A stretch of 46,509 nt of DNA from an uncultured Selenomonas sp. (GTDB lineage Bacteria; Bacillota; Negativicutes; Selenomonadales; Selenomonadaceae), in NCBI GenBank assembly GCA_938045435.1, contig CALIBA010000186.1, positions 1 to 46,509 on the forward strand, in the 5' to 3' direction. Within the stretch, counting starts at the first letter, position 1. The number at the start of each line of letters is the position of its first letter. The notes under the pieces are model-generated. The model worked only from the letters and a program-made list of their open reading frames with translations, ran no database searches and was not told where the DNA came from. Below, one piece after another: positions 1 through 9,334 of the stretch. The translations under genes and the position numbers were made by a program.

Positions 1-51
1 GATAGTCTTCTTTTTGGGTTTTCTTTCCGTAGTATCTTTTGATTCTGCCAT
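1..51 (-). CDS. 5' end of an unidentified gene (MAESKDTTERKPKKKTI...) running off the left edge, in the low-GC segment
   Basis: ATG at 51-49, 19 nt after the stop of the upstream minus-strand ORF, with AGGT upstream. Only 17 codons are visible. Confidence 0.45.
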   Translation of the reverse strand, partial: MAESKDTTERKPKKKTI

Positions 52-70
52 AAATAAATTTACCTATTTT

Positions 71-705
71 CTAAAATGGGTTGTCGGTGACCTCCTGTAT
101 GTCACCCATTATAGCAGAAAGTGAACTTAAGTTTGGCGAAGATGTGTTTCGTCTAGTGGTTTGTCCAGCTGCGGCCTGATCAAAAGAGACGGCGGTTTTT
201 GGGATGACGTCAGTGTCGGGATTCTTAACGGTGAGATTAATTGAATTGGTGGCCCCACGAAGAATGTCGAGGTTATTTTTTTGGCTTAAAATGCGCCAAT
301 AGACTGGTCTTTCAGGGTAAATATCGAAGTTTTTATCATTAATTAAAAAGAAGGATTTTTTAAGAGCAGTTAGGAGAGTAGAGTTGACGTTAGATACGTT
401 TGCAACAAAGCCATTAAAATTAAAACTACCAGCAGAGTCAACAACGGCTTCGGGTAGAGTTGGTGGGATAGCGGGTGTGAGATCTTCTGACTCGACGGGT
501 GGAAGCGCGCGTTCCGCTTTATGGTTTTTTGCATTTTTAACTAGCTGATTGCGGATACTAGTAAAGGCGCTTTTGGTTTCGGAGGGTTTTTGAGTGGTTG
601 AAGCTGCTGAGTTTGGGGAATCAGCTGTGACTGTGTGAGCTGCAGAATTATTGGGGATTATGGTTGGGATAGAGGCCGGGGGTGCGCTTACGGGGGTAGT
701 TGTTA
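71..705 (-). CDS. C-terminal part of a probable DNA polymerase III gamma/tau (DnaX)-like protein, 5'-truncated at a junction
   Basis: Pro/Ser/Thr-rich linker, then a compact domain ending ...LSAIMGDIQEVTDNPF, which resembles DnaX tails I recall from Patescibacteria/Saccharibacteria. ~42% GC. No AAA+ domain is present, so the family call is tentative. Confidence 0.45.
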
Positions 706-742
706 CTACTACGACCGGCGGCAGAGGGGGGCGCAGGGATGA
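704..742 (+). pseudogene. Last ~12 codons (YYYDRRQRGAQG*) of a probable upstream ABC ATP-binding gene, 5' part missing
   Basis: Frame ends in TGA at 740-742, overlapping the permease start (ATGA coupling). Identity inferred only from operon logic. Confidence 0.35.
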
Positions 743-1845
743 TGCGCATTCTCGCACTGCTCGCAAAGGAGCTCATTCAGATGCGGCGCGACCCGATGAC
801 GATCGGCGTGACTTTCCTCCTGCCCGTCATCTATCTCGTCGTGTTCGGCTTTGCCATCCGTACGGACGTGCGGCACCAGTCCACGGTCGTGTTCGATCAG
901 TCGCGGAGCGAGGAGAGCCGCAGCTTCCTTGCTGCGATGACGGCGAGCGGCTATTTCGACCTGCGCTATATCGCATGGAGCTACGATGAGCTGAACGAGC
1001 GGATCGAGCGCGGCGATGCAAAGATCGGCGTCGTCTTCCCGCCCGATCTCGTGCAGGAGGCGAGTGCCGGACGCACCGTGCCGATCCAGATGATCGTCGA
1101 CGCCTCGGACTCCATCGCCTCGACCTCCGCCATCGCGGCGGCAACAGGGCTCGGAATGCAGGTCCGTCCCACGGCCGCACACGGCGCATCTGCCGCGGCG
1201 CCGGCCTATGACGTGCGCATCCGCGCGTGGTACAACCCCGACGCCGTTACCTCGTACTACATGCTGCCCGCGCTCATGGGCATCATTCTCTCGATCACCA
1301 TGGTGGTCATGGTCTCCATGTCCATCGTGCGCGAGCGCGAGGCGGGCACACTCGAGCAGCTTCTTGTAACGCCGCTGCATGTATGGGAACTGCTCATCGG
1401 CAAGATCCTGCCCTACATCATCCTCGGCTACATTCAGACGACGATCTGCGTCCTCATCGCCCTTGCGGTCTTCGGCGTGCCCCTGCGCGGGAGCATCCTG
1501 CTCCTCTACGGACTCACGACCCTCTTCCTGCTCGCCTCGCTCACGATGGGGCTCATGATCGCATCGCTCGCACAGAACCAGCTGCAGGCGGGGCTCATGA
1601 GCATCGCGACCCTCCTGCCGGGCTTCCTCCTCTCGGGCTTCATGTTCCCGCGCGAGGCTATGCCCGTGTTCTTTCAATACCTCAGCCTTGCCATCCCCAT
1701 GACGCACTACATCGAGATCCTGCGCATGATCTTCCTCAAGGGCGGCGGCATGGATGCCCTCTGGCGGCAGGCCATCTTCCTCACATTCTTCACCGCGCTG
1801 TTCTTTGTCGTCGCCGTGCGCAAGTTTAAACGTTCGATTGCATGA
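739..1845 (+). CDS. ABC-2 type exporter permease (YbhR/YbhS-like)
   Basis: KELIQMRRDP start, REREAGTLEQLLVTP and LSGFMFPREAMP motifs, 6-TM layout. Start at ATG 739 or 742. Confidence 0.9.
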   Translation: MMRILALLAKELIQMRRDPMTIGVTFLLPVIYLVVFGFAIRTDVRHQSTVVFDQSRSEESRSFLAAMTASGYFDLRYIAWSYDELNERIERGDAKIGVVFPPDLVQEASAGRTVPIQMIVDASDSIASTSAIAAATGLGMQVRPTAAHGASAAAPAYDVRIRAWYNPDAVTSYYMLPALMGIILSITMVVMVSMSIVREREAGTLEQLLVTPLHVWELLIGKILPYIILGYIQTTICVLIALAVFGVPLRGSILLLYGLTTLFLLASLTMGLMIASLAQNQLQAGLMSIATLLPGFLLSGFMFPREAMPVFFQYLSLAIPMTHYIEILRMIFLKGGGMDALWRQAIFLTFFTALFFVVAVRKFKRSIA

Positions 1846-1991
1846 CACGGCATTTTTCTCTGCCCCATATCCCCGCCCGGCAGGTTAAACTCAAGTAAAA
1901 TTGCTGAATTTCATTAAGCGTGTAAATTTTTCTTCGATACTATAAGTAAGGAAGGCGATATACCGCAGGAAGCATGAAAGGGGGGATCAAA

Positions 1992-2399
1992 GTGGAACTC
2001 GAAAAGCTCTACGGCGCACGTGCAGTTACTGCCGCTGTGCCCGCGCGGCGCCCGGCGATAAAGGAAGATACCTCCGACGCATTCGCACGAATGCTGCAAA
2101 ATCTGCGCACGTCCAAGGCTGCCAACAGCCGTGACCGCGCAGACGACGAGGGGGACACCGTTATCACGCGGGTACTCGCAGACGGCTCGGTCATCGTACG
2201 GGTCTACAAGGGCACTGCGCTCATCTCAGAGACCATGACGCGCGGCTCCGACCCTGCGGCGGGCAAGCGCATCATCAGTGAGCATGTGGAAAAGATGCAC
2301 CCTAATGTTCCGGCGGCAGCAGGAGAACCGCTGCTCGCAACAAAAGCTGCACAAGGCGCCATCGGCACTGCCGCCGCACTCATGAGCACCATGATGTAA
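1992..2399 (+). CDS. Hypothetical protein
   Basis: ORF with strong SD (AAGGGGGG) before GTG 1992, followed by a terminator. No recognisable family. Confidence 0.7.
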   Translation: MELEKLYGARAVTAAVPARRPAIKEDTSDAFARMLQNLRTSKAANSRDRADDEGDTVITRVLADGSVIVRVYKGTALISETMTRGSDPAAGKRIISEHVEKMHPNVPAAAGEPLLATKAAQGAIGTAAALMSTMM

Positions 2400-2427
2400 G
2401 CCGCAAGATATGCCCCATCCATATGCG

Positions 2428-2467
2428 AAAGACCTCTTACCCAGTGGAATGGGGAGAGGTCTTTTTC
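2428..2467 (+). terminator. Rho-independent terminator
   Basis: AAAGACCTCT...AGAGGTCTTT stem with U-tract. Confidence 0.8.
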
Positions 2468-2550
2468 CGTAACATGTGAACACGATCTGCCATTTCAGCT
2501 TATATACTATATCACGTGCTTTTATTGTATCAATGTAGGGGAGACTATTT

Positions 2551-3666
2551 ATGACAAGCAAACTGCCTAACATCATACGCCGCGCATGGGGAAGCGATGG
2601 CGTCCATCGCGGTGATGGGGGAAAATCAAGGCCCTTCACAAGGACACGATACAGTCAAAAATCCGCAGGCGCAAGGCTTTGCGGCGCCATCAAGATCTGT
2701 CTTGCCACAGGGCTCATGGCGGCATCTCTCGCATCCCTGCCGCAGGCAGGTGCCAGCCCCCTCGCGATGCCGGAGCGCGGCGTGATCCTCACGGGTGCGG
2801 AAAAACAGACCTACATTGCCAATAAGATGCAGACACTCTTTCGCCCGCAGTCCACTGCGAGCGCACAGCCCTTTGCCGCACCAGACGGCTGGACGTGGGC
2901 GCACGAGAGCATCGGCGGCATTCGCGTGGAGCATATGCGTGCCGCAAATAAAGAAACCAATCGCGTCATCCTTCAGCTGCACGGCGGCGGCTACGTACTT
3001 GGCATGAGCGATGCACACCGGCTGCTTGCTCTCCGACAGGCTGTACGCACGCGTGCCGCAGAGGTCTATGCCGTGGACTACCGCCTCGCGCCGACACATG
3101 TTTACCCTGCCGCGCTCGAAGATGCCGCCGCCGTCTATCAAGGGCTGCTCTCGCGCGGGATAAAGCCGTGGAACATCATCCTCGTCGGAGATGCGGCCGG
3201 CGGCAATCTCGCTCTGGAACTGGCCCTCCACCTAAGAGAGCAAAAGATCCCCCTGCCATCTGTGATTGCACTCGCCTCGCCATGGGCGACCTTAGAGCAC
3301 GCGGAAAACACTTCGCGCACGGCAAAAGCCGCCGAGGACATGGTGCTCGGCATCGGAACGCCGCTCTATGACGCCGTGAAAACACCTGCCTACGCGGGCA
3401 CACTCGACCGCAAGGACCCGCGCCTCTCCCCCGTCTATGCGGATCTTACGGGGCTGCCGCCCCTCCTCATTCAGACCGGCGGGAACGAGCTGTTTTTGAC
3501 AGAAAATCAAAAACTGGCCGAAAAGGCAGCAGCGGACGGCGTCCCCGTGACGCTCAGCATCTACCCTGGCATGCCGCATGACTTTGCGCTGCTCCTGCCG
3601 GAGATGGAAGAATCCATACAGTCCATCCGGGAAATCGCAGATTTTGTGAATCGGTGCATGAACTGA
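2551..3666 (+). CDS. Secreted alpha/beta hydrolase (HSL/Abhydrolase_3 esterase family); nucleophile motif reads GDAAGG
   Basis: HGGGY oxyanion motif, DYRLAP..YPAALED, YPGMPHDF, signal peptide ending AGA, SD GGGGAG. Confidence 0.9.
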   Translation: MTSKLPNIIRRAWGSDGVHRGDGGKSRPFTRTRYSQKSAGARLCGAIKICLATGLMAASLASLPQAGASPLAMPERGVILTGAEKQTYIANKMQTLFRPQSTASAQPFAAPDGWTWAHESIGGIRVEHMRAANKETNRVILQLHGGGYVLGMSDAHRLLALRQAVRTRAAEVYAVDYRLAPTHVYPAALEDAAAVYQGLLSRGIKPWNIILVGDAAGGNLALELALHLREQKIPLPSVIALASPWATLEHAENTSRTAKAAEDMVLGIGTPLYDAVKTPAYAGTLDRKDPRLSPVYADLTGLPPLLIQTGGNELFLTENQKLAEKAAADGVPVTLSIYPGMPHDFALLLPEMEESIQSIREIADFVNRCMN

Positions 3667-3694
3667 CGGCATGGGTAATATGCCCCATGCCGTC
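3665..3694. other. Intergenic hairpin (11-bp stem)
   Basis: GACGGCATGGG...CCCATGCCGTC, no U-tract. Confidence 0.55.
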
Positions 3695-3716
3695 TGCACA
3701 GGAAAAGGAATCCGCC

Positions 3717-3992
3717 ATGAATATTTTATTTGAACCCGAAAAGAGCCGCAGCGCCGCCTATGATGACGAAACGTGCATCGGCATCGCCGAGATAAAAGAA
3801 AGCGAGGGACGCTGGATCATCACACATACAGAGGTGGACTCCGCCTATGGAGGGCAGGGCATCGCCCGCCGTCTCATCGAGGAGATCATCCATGCGGCGC
3901 GTCGTCAGGGGAAAAAGATCATCCCCGTCTGCTCCTACGCCGAAAAGCTGATGACGCGAAATGATGCCTACAGGGATGTCCTGGCTCTTTAG
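3717..3992 (+). CDS. Small GNAT acetyltransferase (YjdJ/Acetyltransf_CG-like)
   Basis: IITHTEV...GGQGIA...IIPVCSYA motifs, SD AAGGA. Confidence 0.88.
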   Translation: MNILFEPEKSRSAAYDDETCIGIAEIKESEGRWIITHTEVDSAYGGQGIARRLIEEIIHAARRQGKKIIPVCSYAEKLMTRNDAYRDVLAL

Positions 3993-4579
3993 GATTCCTG
4001 AAAGCCGAAGTTCAGGCCGAGACGTGCGCCTGTCGTCGTATATTCCTTAAATTTATAGATGAGCGGGTGCCATTTTTGCGTGTCGATGCGCCCATCCTGC
4101 AAAAGTGCGTCAGAGACCAAGAGCGCCGTCATTCGGCAGGCAACAACCGCGAACCAATCTCTTTCTGTGATGGTTTCCACAACACTCTCTATGTGGATGG
4201 GGCACTCGGCAATCCGCACGGTGGCGACAGTTTCCCCCGGCAGCTTGGTGAACCCGGCGACGGCAAACTTATCTGCAGCATAGGTATAGCCGAGGTCTTT
4301 CTTGATCCCTGTCACCTCCTCAGCGCCCGTCATCTTCTCGATGCGCTTGACCTTTTCATACAGCCCTGCGTCCGGTACGCTGAAGGTAGCATCGGCCCCT
4401 TCTGAAAGATTTTGGAATCCCTTGTTGTTCCTGCCGATGCCAATGACAATGGTATCGCTCAATGTCCATGACGAGGAGAGCGGTGTCACATTGTCTGTGC
4501 CACGCTCTTTGTCTCTCGTCGTCATCAAAATCACAGGAAATCCATAGTAGAATCCCGCGCGCTCAATGCGTTGGTACAT
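3989..4579 (-). CDS. Flavin reductase-like (DIM6/NTAB) protein
   Basis: YYGFPVIL..T, NVTPLSSSW, RIAECPIHIE, WHPLIY motifs. Start chosen by SD spacing. Confidence 0.85.
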   Translation of the reverse strand: MYQRIERAGFYYGFPVILMTTRDKERGTDNVTPLSSSWTLSDTIVIGIGRNNKGFQNLSEGADATFSVPDAGLYEKVKRIEKMTGAEEVTGIKKDLGYTYAADKFAVAGFTKLPGETVATVRIAECPIHIESVVETITERDWFAVVACRMTALLVSDALLQDGRIDTQKWHPLIYKFKEYTTTGARLGLNFGFQES

Positions 4580-4604
4580 CGTCATTCCTCCCCCACATAA
4601 CACG

Positions 4605-4648
4605 AAAAAAGAGCTGCTGCACACGCTCATGTATGCAGCAGCTTTTTT
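4605..4648 (-). terminator. Intrinsic terminator after flavodoxin
   Basis: AAAAAAGAGCTGCTGCA...TGCAGCAGCTTTTTT. Confidence 0.75.
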
Positions 4649-4671
4649 GTACGCCCCCGAATAAGCAGTCG

Positions 4672-5106
4672 TTATGAGATCGCCTTGGCAAGCGTCTCTC
4701 CGAGCTCCTCACACGCGGCAAGTCCTGCACTATCCGGATCGGCTTCCTGGATAACGCCGTCTGCAACGAGATTCGCACCGGCCGCATGCACGCGCTCCGT
4801 CCACGACTCCATCCAAGGACCGCCGCCCCATCCATAGGAGCCAAAGAGGCCGACGGGTACCCCAGAGAGCTTCTTTTCCGCTTTTTCAAAGAATGGCTCG
4901 AACTCGCTCTCCTCCAGATCCTCCACGCCGGAGGCGGGGCAGCCAAAGAGGAACCCGTTGAACTCCGCCATCTTCTCCACAGAGAAGTCACTCACATGAA
5001 AGAGTTCCGCTTCTGCGCCGCCCTTTTCTACGCCTTTAAGAACAGCACCTGCCATTTTCTCGGTATTTCCCGTGCCGCTCCAAAATACAACTGCCGCCTT
5101 TGCCAT
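4672..5106 (-). CDS. Short-chain flavodoxin
   Basis: WSGTGNTEKMA FMN-binding loop, GCPA.G.E.LE, LFGSYGWG. Confidence 0.95.
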   Translation of the reverse strand: MAKAAVVFWSGTGNTEKMAGAVLKGVEKGGAEAELFHVSDFSVEKMAEFNGFLFGCPASGVEDLEESEFEPFFEKAEKKLSGVPVGLFGSYGWGGGPWMESWTERVHAAGANLVADGVIQEADPDSAGLAACEELGETLAKAIS

Positions 5107-5171
5107 GATAAAGCCCTCCTTCTTATATATTCGTCATATCAAAGTACACTGCTGTGCTTTCTTCTGCCCCT

Positions 5172-5200
5172 AGCATAACACCATCGGCGTACAGACGCAA
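5172..5200 (-). promoter_or_regulatory. Probable sigmaA promoter of flavodoxin
   Basis: TTGCGT-N17-TATGCT on the minus strand, with TG extension. Confidence 0.5.
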
Positions 5201-5235
5201 GTGTATTGAGAAAGGTTTTCTTAAGAAGCCCGTAT

Positions 5236-6333
5236 TTATTTTTTCTCCTGCACAAGTTGCATGGCAAGCTCGGCATTGCGCGTGGCAAGGGTGCGCATCT
5301 TCGTGAGGAGCTCGCTGTTCGCGGCACAGAATTCTTTGCGTGCTGCCCATTTGCGCCGCACTTCTTTCATAACGCTTGCTGTGGTGATGTCTTGGAGGTC
5401 ATTGACAGGTTTTTCCCCAATGGAGCGCAGAAAGCGATCGACTTTGGGATCATAGGAAATGCCAATCATCGGGATGCCCATGACCCCGGCGAAGATCAGC
5501 GCATGCAGACGCACGCCAATCATCAGATCCATATTGGCGACGAGGGAGAGCATTTCACTCGTTGTATATTCGTCCGTGAGAACGGTACACTCCTCATGCG
5601 TCCACGCAGCAACGGTTTCGGCGGTTCTGACATCCTCTGGGTACTGCATGGGGAGAAAGACCACACGCGCCTCCATTTCCCGGACGATGGCATCGCTGAT
5701 CTCTGCGAGGATCTCCTTGTAGTGCTGCCAGCCCTGCCAGTCCCGCACGGAGATGCCGACAACAGGTTTTGCCCCGTCCGCACCGTAGCGGCTGAGGATG
5801 GAGCGCCCCGCTTCGCGCCCGACGGGATGGATGCCAAGCACGGGGTCTGCCGTGCACTCCATGCGGGGGCGCTGAATGCCAAGGCGGCGCAGCTCCGCCA
5901 TCGAGCCCTCGTCGCGCACGGTAATCAGCGAAACACGGTTGCCGATAAGACGCATACACAGACATGCAAACCGCCCGGTGACCGGTCCGATTCCCTGCGC
6001 GTAGAGCATCACGCGCCGTCCGAGGAGGAGGGCAAGGGTGATGACTGCCATATAGTAGTAGAGACTGCGGCGGCTCGTCACATTCTGAAGGAGGCTGCCG
6101 CCGCCACTGATGAGGAGATCTGCGCGGCGTACAGCGCCAAAGATCGCACCCGCATCCATCGCGCCAACGGCATGTACCCCATGACGGCGCTCGGTGTCCG
6201 CAGGGTCGGCGGAGATGACCGTGATATGAAGTTCTGGGTCCAGGTCTCCGAGTACCTCGAGCATTGCCGCGAGCATTGCCTCGTCCCCCGCGTTCTTTGC
6301 ACCGTAGTACCCCGATACGACGATCCGCTTCAT
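5236..6333 (-). CDS. csaB: Polysaccharide pyruvyl transferase CsaB
   Basis: SGYYG.KNAGDEA, LISGGGSLLQ, YAQGIGP, VRDEGS, RLHALI, YDPKV motifs. Confidence 0.92.
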   Translation of the reverse strand: MKRIVVSGYYGAKNAGDEAMLAAMLEVLGDLDPELHITVISADPADTERRHGVHAVGAMDAGAIFGAVRRADLLISGGGSLLQNVTSRRSLYYYMAVITLALLLGRRVMLYAQGIGPVTGRFACLCMRLIGNRVSLITVRDEGSMAELRRLGIQRPRMECTADPVLGIHPVGREAGRSILSRYGADGAKPVVGISVRDWQGWQHYKEILAEISDAIVREMEARVVFLPMQYPEDVRTAETVAAWTHEECTVLTDEYTTSEMLSLVANMDLMIGVRLHALIFAGVMGIPMIGISYDPKVDRFLRSIGEKPVNDLQDITTASVMKEVRRKWAARKEFCAANSELLTKMRTLATRNAELAMQLVQEKK

Positions 6334-6482
6334 CGGGTATCATGTCCTCCGTTTCGTTTTCCCATTTCTATAAAATATAAACCATTGTCGAAAACGCAAT
6401 CCCCACGCGAACGCTTCGTTGCACAAATGACAGCATCCTCGTGCGGTTCAATCCCAGCGCTTCTTCTGTTTCATCATGCAGG

Positions 6483-8540
6483 TCAAACCGCCCGTTTCAC
6501 CCGCTCCAACAGATGATTCCACGCCGTGACAAGGCCGATGAGCAGCGCACCGATTGCCGCACCGAGACAGACGCCGCCGATGCCGCGCACAAACGACATC
6601 TCGATCGGCGTGCGCATATGGGCAAAAGTCTCAACCATAGACCCCTGCCCAATGGTCGCTGCGAGGACAAGCCCCAAAAGCACCATCGCAGGTGCGCGCC
6701 GCGCCGCTGCATAGACGGCAAGCAGGAACGCGGGATGCCCGATCATCAGCTCTTTCGTACGTGGACGCGCGTAGAACATCTGCTCCAAGAATGCACGGAA
6801 TTTTAGTTCAATCCCCGGCACAGGCATCCCGGAGGTATGTCCGCTGCGCAGGACTAAGACGACGAGTGCTCCAAGGAGGAGGAGCGCACCGAGCAGCGAG
6901 CCGACGCGCACAGGCAGGTTCAAGATCTCCTTGATCTGTCCCAATGCACCCGATGCGGCAGCAAAACGTCCGTCAAAGACATCAAAGCGCTGCAAAAATG
7001 CTATGGCAACGAGAACCATCGGCAGGACAAAGGTCAGTTTGATGCCGCGGAAAATATCGAACTCAAGGAAGTACCGTGTATCTGAGAGCGCTCCCGAAAG
7101 ATAGGCGGCGCCCATCATCGACAGTGCACTGGTGATGCCGAGAAGCACAAGTCCCGCCATGAGAATGCGCCACGTGGGGGTATGCTTTGGAAAGCGCCGC
7201 GTGCGCAAAAGATCGAGCAGACCAATCATGGCGAGTGCCGGAAAGAGGTTCGCACTCAAAAGCGCCGCGAGAAGGCGTACCTTCCCCCCTGCACCGAGGA
7301 AAATCGGCCCCATGCCAATCAGCGCGAATACGCCAAAGAGCAGCAATAGCCGGCGTTTATTTCTATTCAGCGCGGGGATGACGAGCGAGAGATAGAGCAT
7401 CCCCGCCGCCGCAACGCCCATGATGACAAAGGCACGCAGAATACGCGGCGGTTCATAGACGGCGAACGTCCCCGCGCGGCCGATTTGAAAGCCGCGTGCC
7501 TGAAGCGCCGCACGCGTATCGGCAAAGTATTTCATATTCGTTTCGAGAAGCGATAGACCTGGCGCCGGCTCCTCGTAGATGCGCAGGAGATTGATGCGGA
7601 TGTTGCGTTCCTCATCCGTCGTCACCCAACGCTCGACAGCGGCATCAATTTTGAGTTTTTTCAGCTCATCCTTGGGGATGGAGTAGAGCCGCGCTACATG
7701 GTCATAGCCAAGCCCTGCCGCAATCTCATCCATGCCCTGCTGACGATAGAACTGGAGCTGTGTAACGCCCTCGATAAGGCCGAGTGTCATCCCCTGCGCC
7801 CGCATCTCGTCGATGGTCGTTTGGAGTGCCTTCGGTGCGCCGAGCGTCTCTGTCCCCGAGAATACGACAGCGGAGACGCGAATGCCCTCCATGCGTGCGA
7901 ATACAGAACGCACGTCATTCGGCGTACAATCATGGTAGTTGGAGGGGCGTGCGATCACGTCGAACCCTGCGGCATTGACCGCCATCATCTCATCCGTCGG
8001 CAGGCCGATGTTGCGCTTTTCAAAGGCCTCGTAGGAGTCCTTGACCGCAATGACTTCATCACTGCCAACCGTGAGAATGGAGACACGTGCGGAGCCGAAG
8101 CGGCGCATGAGATCGTCCTTCAGCTCGGCATAGGCGACGGGGTCATGTCCGACAACGTAGACCTCAGTGCCGACGACCTTGCCCTCCTCCACGAGCGCAC
8201 GCCAGCGGGGATCGGTCAACATGCCGGCATGATAGCGTGCGAGGAGATCCGCCCCTGTGAGCGCAACCGCCTTGCCATTGAGGTTGAATTTTTTGAACGT
8301 CGTCTCATAGACGGCGAGCGAGGTGATGCCCACCTCCTTCGCACGTGCGAGCACCGTCTCTGCGGGCAGTCCCTCACGCGCAGCAAGCTCTAAAAGCCCC
8401 TCGTAGTCGATGGCAAGCTCTACGGTGCGGGAACGCTCCTCGACGGCGTGCCGCTCCACCCCGATGATGAAACTGGCGATAAACCCAACGAAAATCGCTA
8501 CGAGGAGAACGGGATGATAGTGAAATTTCTTCATGTACAA
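6483..8540 (-). CDS. DUF5693-family membrane protein (usually next to csaB)
   Basis: VELAIDY, ERNIR, FRGIK, RPRTKE..GHP and VETFAHMRTP motifs. Start at 8540 or 8534. Confidence 0.8.
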   Translation of the reverse strand: MYMKKFHYHPVLLVAIFVGFIASFIIGVERHAVEERSRTVELAIDYEGLLELAAREGLPAETVLARAKEVGITSLAVYETTFKKFNLNGKAVALTGADLLARYHAGMLTDPRWRALVEEGKVVGTEVYVVGHDPVAYAELKDDLMRRFGSARVSILTVGSDEVIAVKDSYEAFEKRNIGLPTDEMMAVNAAGFDVIARPSNYHDCTPNDVRSVFARMEGIRVSAVVFSGTETLGAPKALQTTIDEMRAQGMTLGLIEGVTQLQFYRQQGMDEIAAGLGYDHVARLYSIPKDELKKLKIDAAVERWVTTDEERNIRINLLRIYEEPAPGLSLLETNMKYFADTRAALQARGFQIGRAGTFAVYEPPRILRAFVIMGVAAAGMLYLSLVIPALNRNKRRLLLLFGVFALIGMGPIFLGAGGKVRLLAALLSANLFPALAMIGLLDLLRTRRFPKHTPTWRILMAGLVLLGITSALSMMGAAYLSGALSDTRYFLEFDIFRGIKLTFVLPMVLVAIAFLQRFDVFDGRFAAASGALGQIKEILNLPVRVGSLLGALLLLGALVVLVLRSGHTSGMPVPGIELKFRAFLEQMFYARPRTKELMIGHPAFLLAVYAAARRAPAMVLLGLVLAATIGQGSMVETFAHMRTPIEMSFVRGIGGVCLGAAIGALLIGLVTAWNHLLERVKRAV

Positions 8541-8603
8541 TAATTCCTTTGGGGGAATGCATTATCTCATATCTGTGTATGCGCGTACCGCGCATACATC
8601 CCC

Positions 8604-9278
8604 TTATTTGCGTGCCGTCAGCGTGACGACACTATCACGTGCCTCGACATTTTGGAAGGCCAGCCCAAACGGCAGGGAGTCCGCGCGTGCAACAATCACA
8701 TCTTCAAAGAGCGCATCGAGCCGCAGAGCGTTCATCCCTTTGCCGCGCGCCGAGATGCTCCGCACCTTATAGTAAAGATCGCCCGAGACGATGGTGAATG
8801 CCCCGTCGATTTCGACTTCAAAGGTCTGTCCAAAGGCGCGGGTCTTTGCCGTGGCGAGCACGTTGCCCGGCGTAACGGTCACTGCAACATCCTCAAACTT
8901 ACTGGAGGATTTTGTGATGAGTTCACGAATCGCATCCTCATCAATGATGCCGTGCAGTTCGATAGATTCTGCCTCCGTCACGACAACTTTCTGTTCGCGC
9001 AGGAGGGTCAAGGGCTCAAAGCGGATGCCCGTGCCCGTCATCGTCAGCTCACGGACGAAGATCTTGCCAATGCGCCCTTGCCGGACAACCCCGTCAATGG
9101 CACCAATTTCGCCGAAGATGAGACGCGGACTGTCGATGATGGAAACCTGTACATCCTCCGCCGCTGTCTGCTGCCGCAGCGCGTCCGCGACCATCTCCGA
9201 CGCTGCATAGGGGAGTACGGCAATCCCGCAAACAATGCCCACGACGATGCAGAACAGGGCGGCAAAAACTTTCCACAT
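8604..9278 (-). CDS. DUF2993/LmeA-like exported protein
   Basis: N-terminal TM anchor, beta-rich body, C-terminal LPFGL. SD AAAGGAGG before ATG 9278. Confidence 0.6.
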   Translation of the reverse strand: MWKVFAALFCIVVGIVCGIAVLPYAASEMVADALRQQTAAEDVQVSIIDSPRLIFGEIGAIDGVVRQGRIGKIFVRELTMTGTGIRFEPLTLLREQKVVVTEAESIELHGIIDEDAIRELITKSSSKFEDVAVTVTPGNVLATAKTRAFGQTFEVEIDGAFTIVSGDLYYKVRSISARGKGMNALRLDALFEDVIVARADSLPFGLAFQNVEARDSVVTLTARK

Positions 9279-9334
9279 GGTGAAACCTCCTTTGCCAAGG
9301 TGGCGCGACACAAACGAATCGAAAACGGCCCTGC

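Noticed and set aside
706..766. Start of the 231-aa minus ORF (MRAVRECASS...)
   Set aside because: It lies across the junction and is antisense to the permease start, so it is not a real N-terminus.
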